NCBI RefSeq assembly: GCF_022539665.2
Contig: NC_081331.1
Span: forward strand, 2,356,001 to 2,420,000
Source: Daphnia carinata
Lineage: Eukaryota
Direction of reading: 5' to 3'
Length of the DNA: 64,000 nt
Under the pieces are notes generated by a model. That model was not told the origin of the DNA, did no database searches, and saw only the letters and a program-made list of their open reading frames with translations. Shown here in pieces: positions 30,101 to 41,975 of this stretch (positions are counted from its first letter, which is position 1; each line of letters opens with the position of its first letter). Both the position numbers and the translations under genes were made by a program.

Positions 30101-33100
30101 AACCTTGGTGTAGGCTGTTTTTTGTTTTTGGGAGGAGGACACCATAGAAAGTCGTTGAAACTCACTGCGTGAAACGGTGTGATTTCTCTCAGCGATAGAA
30201 AGTATAATATCCAATTGTCCATTTCGATCCCGATAAAAACTTTCAATGTGATTGCACAGTGGGATATACACTTGCGCAACTCATTACTGTTTCTTTTTTG
30301 CACTTTGAAAATATTTCTACTGTAACCGAGAAGTATTTTAATTGAGCTCGTTTCTAAAGATACAGTTGATATCTTACAGTTTCGCACCCAAGCATAGCAA
30401 ACAATCGTCTCGTTCCCACGATCTCCATTCATTCACGAATCTTTACACACGCCCCCCATTTTTTTCATCTCTCCGCTGTTTTTGAAGAGAAATCTACAAT
30501 GTCCGATGCCACCAACACGAATTATTTCGCCGATTTCCCCTTTGTGTTGGGAGTGGACAGATTCCAGACAGATTGGTCGAGCGTATTGGACAAGAAAGAA
30601 TTATCCTTCACCTTAGCAATAAGTAGATCTAGTGTTTCATCTTTCACGCTTGAACGCTTTGGTCAGCATTTTTGCCGCATCCCATCGAGGCGCATCGATT
30701 TACCCCAGTCGCCGAAGCCTTCGGTCGGCCACACTCGCGTTACATGTAACGGATGAAAAACAAACGAGGGCGGGGGGGGAGCATCCTATAGACTTTTTGG
30801 TGGGCACCGTTACTGGAACACGGAGGAAAGCAGGGCGTGAGAGCGCAGCGGCATGGAAAAGATAACCAAGAAAAATACGAAAAAAATCCTTCCAAAGTTT
30901 TCTTTTTTCCTGAAATAAACTCTCCGCTATTATTCGTTTTAGTTACCGCAAAAATGTAGAGGATTGCACTTTGGAAAGCAGGAAAAGTCCACGTTTTTTT
31001 TAATTATCGATCGTGATTAAAACAGTTGGATGACGGCTACTTGCGTGGCTATCAAAATCCCATTTTAATGCCGACATCCATTCCATATGTTGCATAACGT
31101 GAGAGATTGTGTTATTCAAACCATCTAATTCGACAATGAATTTTTTAAAAATCATTTTGAATAAATATGGTATCGCATCAATCTTGTATGATGAAAGGGA
31201 TACCTGTAGTTCTTGATCGATCCTTTGAATATTTTAGTTTTTGTTCGAACGTTTGATTGACAATTTTATTGAATTCCACTCCATCTTGCCATATATGGGA
31301 TAACAATTTATCCGGTTTCGATGTGGCAGATTATTCCAAGCCGATTGCGATAGTGCGGGAGGGTTATGGACACCAACAATAATGAAGTAATATTTTTCGT
31401 TTTCTTTTGCCAAAGAATGAGTTCAACCAAAATTCCCTCATGTTAGATGTCAAAATCGTTAAAACGACCTACCTGCAGGGTTTTTGTTATATTCACGACC
31501 GTGAAAGTTTCTCTTTTCGGCTTTTATAATGAAATAATCGTAACGATGCCATTTAAAGAATTTTTATTGTTTTTTTTTTGCCATCTCTAAAAAAAAATCT
31601 TAACTAATTCGACCTTCAAAACGTGTCGGCTGGGCATTTTTCGGTCGACAGGTACTTGGAAGTTGCCACAGTGTACACGTCGACCGATTCTTCCTTGCAA
31701 AAAAGTGGGACAAGGTCCAGATACTTTAAACCTATTATGTTTTTAAAGTTCCTTTTCAAATATCAAACGGATTTGAAGGTTCGATTGTACATGTCCACCA
31801 CACAAGTAGCCGCTAAATCCTTGACACCAATGATATTCCTTTTTTTTTTTTTTTTTGCCCTCTTCACGCGTGCCACATTTGACCTGCCCCGCAGTCTCAA
31901 TGCATTGTCACAAAAGTTGGGGTAACATCTTTGTTGTCGGTGTAACAGCGCGTGAAATACTTTTATGATTTTTTCCATATAACGTTCAAAGAATCGCGTG
32001 AACAAACAGAACGTACACCCATTGTTCTTTGCTGCCTTTTTTTCTCCCGACCTGAATTTTTTTGTTCGTCTTTAACGAACTGTCGTTTATCTTTATATTT
32101 CGGAAGCACCACCTGCCATTCTTTCTGCAACGAGATATAAAAAAAAATATTTTAGCTAACCAAAGAATAGCTGCCACATGATGTTAAAAACTTTGATTCA
32201 TTGATGTGCATTTCGTGAGAATTTTCGCTGCATTTTGTGATAGATATATTGCGTGAGACTAGTTTTTAAAACATCTCTCTTGTCTGCTGTACGAATAGTT
32301 GGGGATCTATTGATATTTTCACGTACTCCAAAGTCACGCGGAATTGGATCTGAGCTCAGCTGAGGACACACTAGATTGAACTCAATGTCGAAACAATCGT
32401 TCTCCTCCAAAATGCCACCGGCAATTCCTTAAATGGATATGATTTTTTTCAGGGGTCTCTCACGCACGCAAAGGGAAGACCTTGAACTGAGTTTCACATC
32501 GTCCGCGAGTTCGATGGTTTCTATGCACGTGTAAAATAAACGCCACGTACTTGCCAAGAATTGTCGTGATGCAAAAACGAGTTGTCAATTCATGCAAGTT
32601 TAATATATTAATGCGGTTTTGTCTAGCGGTTGACACGCCAACAATGAAATTTATCGCTTGTCTTTTTTTTTTCGTTCGCTTCCCGCCAGACTTATCGCTG
32701 ATTACATTATAATGTCGCATTTTATTATTGCTATTATTCCAGGTACGAGATCTCGTGGAAAACTGTTCGTGCCCGACGCAGTTTCCCATGATTCGTGTCT
32801 CAGAGGGCAAGTACCGGATCGGTGACACGAAAATGCTCATTTTTGTCAGAGTAAGTTATTTACACTTTATATTCTCTTTCTATCTGATATTCACGCGTTC
32901 GCTTCGTCTCGCTAGTTTTTTTTATTATTTATACAATGAAATGATAAAATTGTGTAGTAAAAACCGGTGGTAATAAGTCTATATAAGGCGTACGCATGTC
33001 TGCGCATAATAAAATGATAGGGTTGACGTTTGCCTCGGGTAGGGTAACCAATTATGTCCAAAACATGGCCTCCTGTTTCCATACATTCCAACTTCTTCGT

Positions 33101-36100
33101 TTTTTACCTTAAACGTAAAAACAAGAATAGGTACTGACGTTTGTTTAGCTACTTACAAGTAGCAACAGAGAAGTGAAACAAAGTAACAAAATACATATTT
33201 ATGAGTAGCCAAGTCTTTAGGTTTTCCTTAAGTATTCCAATGGGTTCTTACGTATTCAATGGCTGTCGTCATTGTTTTCCCATTTACTAAAATGAACTCT
33301 GATTGATCATTGTTTCGCATTTTAAAATGCATCTTTTGAATTTTCTTTTAAATCAAAACAGGTTCTACGCAATCACGTCATGGTCCGTGTCGGAGGGGGC
33401 TGGGTAAGAGCTTTTTCCTTTTGGTCATCTGATTTTAAATAAAAAAGAAACACTTCGGCATCGGTTTCCTTAAATGTTTTTTCTTTTCTTGTAGGACACA
33501 CTATCGCACTATTTAGAAAAGCACGATCCATGCCGCTGCCGAGCAGGTAGGAAGAAATTTTAAATTGCCCGTCTCCTGGTGAAGGTTATAATCGCTTGTT
33601 TAGAATCTCGATATTGGCTTATGTAACTGCTTTTTCCCTTCCAAAAACGGGCGATTCATTATCGTCAATATAGTACAAGGTGTTTTTGAAAGAATTCGAG
33701 GGTGATGACTTGCGGAAGGTATACAAAGAACACTCGAAATCTTTGAAATGACTCATCCGAGCCTTATACAGAAACCTTAACCTCGCAGTGAAAAATACGG
33801 GAAAAGAAAAAATTTTGTGCGCGAAAGATTCCATATATAGGACATCCTGAAATCGAACGCGTACCATGAGGAAGGTAACGAAGCTGAAAGCTATTAAAGC
33901 CAAATCTTTAGAGGCCTATAAGACAGTGGGGGGAAAAAGAAACCTCCTTTTAGGAGATGTAATCAGCATCTAGGCTATACCGACCGGGCTTTCTTTACAT
34001 GGAACAACAGTAGACCGTGGAGATTTCTTTGGCTAAAAACTCATTGGTATTCTATGACATCATTGCAGACGGTGAACACAAGATTCTTTTTTTTTATCCG
34101 TAATCGGAGTCTTGTGTCTATGCGGGTTTCTTTTTTGTGATTGCATTTTTCAAAAACGAATCAGAGACATCTATTTTACATGTACGAGTGCGGGGTTGAA
34201 TAAGGAAAGTTAGCCGTCGAACTGGTCAAGGTAAACGGGATGCAATGGCGAATGCAAGGCCAGCAACAGATCACGATGAGATTTGAAATAGACAAAGGGA
34301 GACAATGTTTACAGGCGCGTGCAAAAGAATGGCGACCCAACGACGTGTTATGGATATGCCCAGCGCGGAATTGTGTTTCGCAAGGTTATATTCTGTGAAC
34401 GTCATGGAATTGTTTCTCAAATTTCTATTTTTAAATGTTTCTATTTCCCTATAAAGACGAAAAAAATTGTATCCTGGATTGCCTTTTTCGTTTCGTAAAT
34501 GACAACAAAACATTTATATCAGTCTGATGATAATCACGGCTGAAAAAAACAAACAAAAGTGCCACAAGATAGCCCGGATCCGAACTTTTCGCCATTTCAA
34601 TTGATAGTCATTAAACGGGGGAATTTTGACGAATAGTTTGCTCCACGTCAGAAAACATTTCTTTTTTGAAGAATCATATGTTACCTTTTATGGTTCTACA
34701 ATGCCATTCGTTTTGTTTTTATCATGTGAACGCACGATGTCTCCTAAAATCAAAATTATCAGTTGCCAAAAGCTTTAATTTCAGCTTAACTGCAATGCGG
34801 CAATCGAGAGAAATTTTTCTTGTTACTGAAAAAGATTGACAACGAACTTTCAAGAGCTTTCGCATGTTGCACGCGAATAAAAGGGTACATGTTTTTTTCA
34901 TTTACAAACGGGCACGAGAATCGTACACGCAATAATTTTGTTTTACAACTCCTAGCAACGCTACTAATAAAAATAGTTTCGCTTTTTAGCATATGGATTT
35001 GGATCAATTCCAATACCACTTTATTTCCTATTTACGTTTACATAACAAAAATGTACATCTTTCTAATGTAGGTCATCGAACACCGATCACGTCCAAGTTA
35101 AGCGTCAGTCAAAATTCCCGCGGTAATACGCAAATGGAAGTCAGCTACGAACGGGGAACATCACCACCCAATTCCCGTCGGTCTTCTGGGGCGTCCGTTA
35201 CTGGCACAACTCTGTCACGCAAAAATTCCATGACCGGAACGTCGATTTTGCCATACTCGTCATGCGATTCTTCAGCTGAAGTTTCCCCGAATCGGTTCCA
35301 TGCTCGCCACAGAAGTCCGTCTCCCTCAATCAGGTACAAAAATATTGTTTTTCCCTTTAAAGTTCAATCAAACAACTCGAAACATTTCTTTGAAAGTAAA
35401 TTTTCAAGTCCAAAAATAAATTTCCATTTCTAATGTCAATGTTTTCACATCAAGGCATTACTCTTCTGGAACTTTGGGAAGTAGTCCAATTTTCCAGAGG
35501 TCGGGGTCTGCTCGCTACAGTGTCAATAATTCATGCAATTACGGTCAGCTGGCTTATCAGCAGGAGAATAATAAAGTTATACCGACTTCGCAAGGGAATG
35601 CAGACTCTGTCGAGTCTGACGAATGTTTGCCCAGTAAAAGTAAGTACATCAGTTGTTTCTTTCGTAACAATTAACTTTAAAGCAACTCACAATTCCTTTT
35701 TTTCCCCAAAGAGTCAAATGATCTTGTCACGTATTTGGTACTTACAAATTGCTTAATGACTTAAGTAGGGCATACTCCTTCACCTTTACCAACTTTCTCA
35801 AAAGCCATAAAACAAATAATCTTCTCTTTATATACGCAATTGCGTCGTTTAAGGTCGTTCATGGGGACGTCGTAGCAATAAAAAGTACTTATCGCATTTG
35901 TTAACTCGAGGTCAACATTGCGAACGCATTTTTTTTTTTGTTGCTGCAATATTTTATCACAGTATGTCTATCTTTATCGGTAACCTTTTAGTCCATGCCC
36001 GCAATATTTTGAAACTGTTCTTGACATGAATTTTTGATTTACAGAAATTTTAAAACGATTGTTTTTGTATTTTTAACAGGAATTTGGAGCCCTGGTTACC

Positions 36101-37425
36101 GACGATCGCCTAGTGTGGGCAATACTCAACAACCAAAGCTATCTCGTCAACAGGATGATCATTTCGGGAGTAAAAGTAACCGAACGAAAACCAGCTCGAT
36201 CAATAATACTGATAGTAGCTCAGAAATATCCGATGAAGGCTATAGAACTGGAATTGGTGCGGGTGATGTCAAAAGCGAAGAATTGGATGAACGACCAGAT
36301 TCAAGTTGCACTCAAGTGTCGCAGTCCAGCTCCTTGGAATCGGGCGTGTCCTCTGCTGGACCCTTGGATGATACCGATCCAGTCGGTAATAACTATAAAC
36401 AGGAAAAACTGGAAAACAAGTACAATTATAGCAAGATCCCCCTTTTGGGAAGTCTACGCAATATGGGCAAAAGAGCCAATTCCCAGTATTCGACAGATTC
36501 GGTCAGCTCGTCAAGAAAATCCTCGCTCGATTCAGAATATCGTTTGCCACTTCAGAGCAATAGTACCAGCACATCGCCTACTTTAACAAATTTGGGCTTC
36601 CGGCGTGAAGCATTTGGTAGACATTCTCTACGCACACGATCAGCCACCAACGATGGTGACAAGTTAACTGTCAGAAACAATATCAGCATTGGAGATCCTG
36701 TACCGAAAAATACATTCACATGGAGCGGAAGGAACAGACGACAGCGTCCAAGCATACAAACGGAAGCAACATTTATTGGGAATAGGAATCCGGTTCCTGG
36801 ATCGAGCTATCGATCTCGGTCGGTCAACAGTGCGGCGTCGCGTGAACATTCTCGAGCTTCTTCCACATCACCGAGTAGCCGAAGACGAAACATCTTTGTC
36901 GCTTCATCGGGATATGGAGCTCCTACCTCACCAGAAATAAAACCAATTCCAAATTTGAAACCACAGAAAGCGAGTCAATCAAAACAGCAACCCAATTTGC
37001 CACTGCAATCGGATCCATCTAAAATATCGCCTCTTTTACGCAACATGCTAAAAGATGTCGAACTCGACAATGACGCATCGATATTAAAGAAAATGGAGGA
37101 AATTGTCAACCAGTACAAAGCACGAGTTGAAAGTATTCTTGCTGCGGAAGGCAAGACGTTGAATGAAGATTACACGGCCAATGTCACTCCGCCGGCTTCC
37201 AACAAGATCAATGAACATCAACAAGAAGACACAACACAAAGGCAAGTGAAGAATGGGACTTCAAAGTTAACCAGACGTAATTCGCTAGATTCGAGCCTGT
37301 CACATTTACCAGCCCGCATGTTCGTTTCTCCAAGAAAAGATGTAGTATCGCAATCTCCTTCAAAAATCCCTATGCCGAGATTTTATCGTCCGAAAGAAGA
37401 CATGAGGAATCCTTGTTTGGTATAG
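27114..37425 (+). CDS. GAS2-like protein, GAS2L1/GAS2L2 (pickled eggs) type: CH domain, GAR domain, long Ser-rich tail with SxIP motifs
   Basis: Exons 27114-27347, 27906-28037, 29439-29588, 29647-29841, 32743-32850, 33362-33403, 33495-33546, 35072-35333, 35455-35639, 36080-37425. Motifs [85 protein letters not shown], and SKIP twice. Confidence 0.93.
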
Positions 37426-38736
37426 TTATTTCTTATATTTTAAACTGATTTATTTTACTAATTGTGGGTTATGAATAAGAACCTTAATCTCTTTCATTAA
37501 TTTAATTGGTAATTATTAATCTAGAATGGTAAGTAACGTTTTATTGTGGCAAGGAAACCCTTTCACTTTAGGAAAATCTTTTGAGCTACGTCACATTATC
37601 AAGCAAGAATTGTGGGCTGGGATACATGACCGAACATGATTTTAAACGGAACCTTATAGTAAATACTGGTGAAAATATTCTATAGTAAAAATATTATGTA
37701 AAAACATTTAATCGGGAATGGTTTCAAGCTCAAAGAATTTCTTCCCTATAACCCTGTGCAATATTATTTCTAATGGCAATTCGTTGTGATCATGCTAGTT
37801 AACAAATACTAAAATTGCTAATAGCTTTTTGTGAAATTTTAGCAATGGCATATTGAATTTCAGTGAAAATTCCAAGCGTGCTGTTATACAATCAAACTTT
37901 ATGTAATGTTACTTAAAACTTTAACAAGGGAGGTGTTAGAAACGGGATCGGTTCAACAAATTTGTTGTCCATCCTTTCAGTTATTTTTTATTACTATGAA
38001 ATTTTGCTGATACAAGCAAAACTCATTTTTCTTTATTTTCAAACCTTTGTACTGTGAGATTGGAAAATAAACATGCTTCGAGTTATTTCGTTGATCATGT
38101 TCCAAGAAAACATATTTTCCATGCTAACTGAGATTGCAGTCATGAGTCACGAGACATATGACCCAAGCGACACTTACGTGGGCGCTGACTTCTATGCAAA
38201 CGTAACGTGATTACGACACGTGAAACAGAATACTGCTGAAGATCTTGACGAGAAATCAATTCGCAAGTTAGTCACTTACGCGCCATGCGCTCTTTGCCTC
38301 TAACCATTTTGGTCCAACCTTTTTTTACAAACCATTGCGTACTGAGCGCCATCTCTTACGCAAAAGAAATAGCAGAATTGTTTTTTCTAAAATGTGTTGA
38401 ACCACAGGGCTGTCAAACAAGAAGTGGAACTAAATTGATAAATTACATATCTTCACGGCTGTTTTTCGTCGGAGCTAAATGGAGGTAAGACAATACAGGT
38501 TATCCACGTGCATCTGACGAGAAAAGACGATCCGACATTTAGTAATAACTTGTTATACCGAGAATCTCACGTTCCCTTGTCCTGTCACTACCTCCTACTT
38601 TGAGATGAATGGTACCATTTTCTCTACCATGAAGTATTCCATTTTTAGTTTCCTTTTGCCTTATAATCCTATTTATCAAACTTTTCTTTTTGTATAGCAG
38701 TACTTTTACCTCCATGTTTACTCTAGATCGTCAACA

Positions 38737-38976
38737 TTGGCCAACCAAATCGGTTGGTTAATAATGACGTAGGCGAAACATTGGAAAGCGATGGAACGAG
38801 AACGATCTCTTCTCCATCCGTGACCATGCTGTCATCATTAATCAAAGTACGTCGATTAACAAGATCTCGATCTCGTTTTTTCAAATTTTTTCTGTCTTAA
38901 TTGAATTTCGGTCCTGGGGATGAGCCAACGTGGCTTATGAATAGTACATAGGTTGATCTCAAACATACGGCAATTA
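38737..38976 (+). repeat. Degenerate direct repeat, copy 1 (interrupted by ~140 nt of extra sequence)
   Basis: TTGGCCAACCAAATCGGTTGGTTAATAATGACGTAGG and GATGAGCCAA..GGTTGATCTCAAACATA match the contiguous sequence at 40484-40578. Confidence 0.75.
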
Positions 38977-39477
38977 ATGTCGAGTGTTATATTATATTAT
39001 GTTATTATTATATTTTTTGCTGATATCAAACGTAGTTCTGCGGCTCGCAGTTTACTGTTCCTATACGATTTGAATTTCAGTAAAAGCATTCTGTTAAGCA
39101 CATAAATTCGTAACGGACATACGCAAATATTACTTACGGTAGTAACTAAATTAGAGATGGTATGGTTTCCATTTACAAATGTGCCACAACGTATGAGACT
39201 TGGAAGTCATCCTCAAAAGCTAATTCCACCATCCCCCCCCCTCCCCTCCAGATAATATGTAAGAGGGGATGTTATTGTCTTTTCGATTGGTTCCGGGACT
39301 TCTCTACCTCTCCGTCACTTAATGCCGACCGCATGCCATCTTAGCTGAGAGCTTCGTAAACGTTTGCTAACGTTCTCCTAAGACGCGCCTGGCCATCGTT
39401 GCATTTGCGTGGGCTCGCTCTCGTTGCACGACGTTCTAGTCTCAAACTAAAAAACTAAAAATTCATGTAAAAATTCA

Positions 39478-40442
39478 ATGAAAAGGTCGGATCCACCGTC
39501 ATCAGCAACTGCGAAAACACCTATTCCTAAGATTGAGGAAGATGTTATTCTCGTACCTGCAGAAACTTCCAGGCCTGTGGCAGATGTAACTTCTAGTCCC
39601 GTAACTGGGGAAACACTGAAAAAACTGCTTTCTCCGTATCCGATGAAACTGCTCCCCTAAGTGCCCGATGAAGCTGTTATCCCCGTACCCGACAAACCGC
39701 TAGCCCCATGACTGAGCAGGGTGCCATTCCTACAATGGAGATGGACAATGACGATTCAAAAGAGCTGCAACTAGTCCCAGATCCAGAAGATCCGGCATTT
39801 AATGAGTTACGTCAACTTTTAGACGACCCTCATCCGATATTTAGAAAAATGCATGGAGATGCTCAATGCTGCATGCAGCGTTCCTGTTTTCTTCCTCCAG
39901 GTATTAAAAAAAAACGCTTAATGTCTTTTACTGTTTGTGGTTTCTAATTTCTGGTATTATTTAAAATCCATTGGTTGTGGAATTTACGTATTTCATGAAA
40001 GAATGTGATATGGACTCTACTGGCTTCTTAGGTGGTATCTGCCTCGTTATGCTCGCAGCACTCATGATAATTCGAAAGTAAATTTTCTCATTCATTTTCG
40101 ATTGTATCTTATTAATAAATTGTTTTTGTCCCACTCGATTTTTAGGGTTACGAGTGTCAACCTCACTCGCTATTTGATCGCTTTTGCCATGATGATGGGT
40201 GTGACGTTGGTTGTTTTACATTCTGTAGTGCATACGTTTGCTAGGACTTGTATTACTACTGTACTAAGATAAGCTATTCTCGAGAAACCTTGGATCTATC
40301 GGATGCTGTAAGTTGATGATGGCTTAATCAACGAATCATTATTGATTCTATGGTTGTTGGAAGTGGTAATTTGATCGTGATCGTCAACGGAATTATCCTG
40401 TGCGTTCTTTGCTTCTTCAAATCTATACCGAAGTCCTTTTGA
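39478..40442 (+). pseudogene. Decayed inverted paralog of the 4-TM gene at 41073-41975
   Basis: Colinear with the - strand gene (SATAKTPIPK vs SATTEKTPIPK; LVPDPEDPAFNELRQLLDD vs LVPDSEDQSFKELGQLLND) with the same three-exon layout. Frameshifts in the 24-nt repeat region (~39615-39707), intron-1 acceptor AG changed to GG (~39974), and TGA TGA at ~40314-40319 where the paralog has Cys-Arg. Confidence 0.85.
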
Positions 40443-40483
40443 AATGGAACTTAATTAATGTCAATTCTTGCCTTCTTCGCCTT

Positions 40484-40578
40484 TTGGCCAACCTAATCGG
40501 TTGGTTAATAATAATGTAGGTGATGAGCCAAGTCTCCTTATTAATAGCATATGGGTTGACCTCAAACATATGAAAATT
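40484..40578 (+). repeat. Degenerate direct repeat, copy 2
   Basis: Matches 38737-38776 joined to 38919-38976. Contains the small inverted repeat CCAACC-N5-GGTTGG. Confidence 0.75.
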
Positions 40579-41072
40579 GGTTTGTATTGTTTATATATTT
40601 CGTTGTCATCAAGCAGATAAAGCTGGCTCAAAGGTCGTCCCAAAAGGAGCTAGAAATGGAAAACAAAAACAATTATGTAAGTATTCTAAGGTGTTTTTGT
40701 TCGCCATTATAATTACCCTTTGCCAGACGTCCCGGATGTTCAACATCAACAATTAAGTAATTTCAGACGGTCACGAGTTGAATAACAAACTTACACCCGC
40801 CCTGTCATTTGCCATATAATATACCGATGTGTTTTGCAACAGGGAAGTTTCTAATCAGCTTTTGACGAGAAATTAAAAGTGTCCAAAAGGGCGTGATCTT
40901 AATTGGCTAAATGTGAGGAAGACACTTTCTAATGTTTTTATTCAACTGTTTCGTGACAACAAAAAACTCGATACACATGAAATGAAAATGCATGACTTTT
41001 TCTTGCAAAAAACTGGTGACAAACAACGGGAAACGAGAGAAGGCAGCAATTTAAGCTTGCTTAAATTCTATT

Positions 41073-41975
41073 TCAAAACAATCTTGTTGTAGTTTTCAAA
41101 AAGTAAAGAACGTATAGGACAACTCCGTTGGAAATAACGATCACAATACCACATGCGACCATTAATGAATCAACTATGAGTCGCTGATTAAACCATCGGC
41201 AACTTGCGTCAGTCGATATATTCCCGGTTTCGCTGATCTTAATACAGGAGTCATACAAGTTCCCGCAAAGGTAGATGCTCAACGAATGTAACGTAACCAT
41301 TGTCGCACCCAACCCTATCGCGAAAGTGGTCAAATAGCAAGCGAAATCAATACTCCTGACCCTACAAATTGAAGGCAAAAAAATCGACTTTATTAAGATA
41401 CAATCGAAAATAATGGAGAAAATTACTTTTCGAATTTCATGAATGCAAGCATAAGGAGGTAGATACCGGCTAACATGCCAAAAAGGTCCATATCTACACC
41501 TTTTGGCGAAACAAGTATGGCCCACAACTGAAGGATTAAAAGTAACATCAGATATAAGAAACTATAGACAGTAAAACGCTTAAATTTATACCTGGAGAAA
41601 GAAGAGAAGCACGCCCAATATACCATTGGTCATCCCAGTGAATCTTAGTGTTCCCGAACCGAAGTCGTTTAAGAGTTGGCCCAGCTCCTTGAATGACTGA
41701 TCTTCCGAATCTGGGACAAGCTCTGGATCTTCTGGTTTGTCACTGTCCATTTCAGTCATGGGGATAGAAGTTTCTTCGATTTCGAGGGTGCCAGTTTCCT
41801 CAGTCATGGGGATAGAAGTTTCTCCTTGTACTGGTGTAGCAATTTCCTCAGTTATGATAATGGCAGTTTCCCCAGTTGCAGGAGTAGAACTTTCTGCAGT
41901 AATGGGAATAGCAGTTTCGCTACTTTTAGGAATTGGTGTTTTCTCAGTTGTTGCTGATGATGATAAATCCGACAT
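41073..41975 (-). CDS. Uncharacterised ~257 aa protein: acidic 8-aa N-terminal repeats plus four hydrophobic segments
   Basis: Exons 41975-41592, 41527-41427 and 41361-41073 join in frame (774 nt) with canonical splice sites. Repeats of the form TxETxIPx. Three Cys lie in the loop between hydrophobic segments 3 and 4. The model is supported by the conserved paralog copy. Confidence 0.8.
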
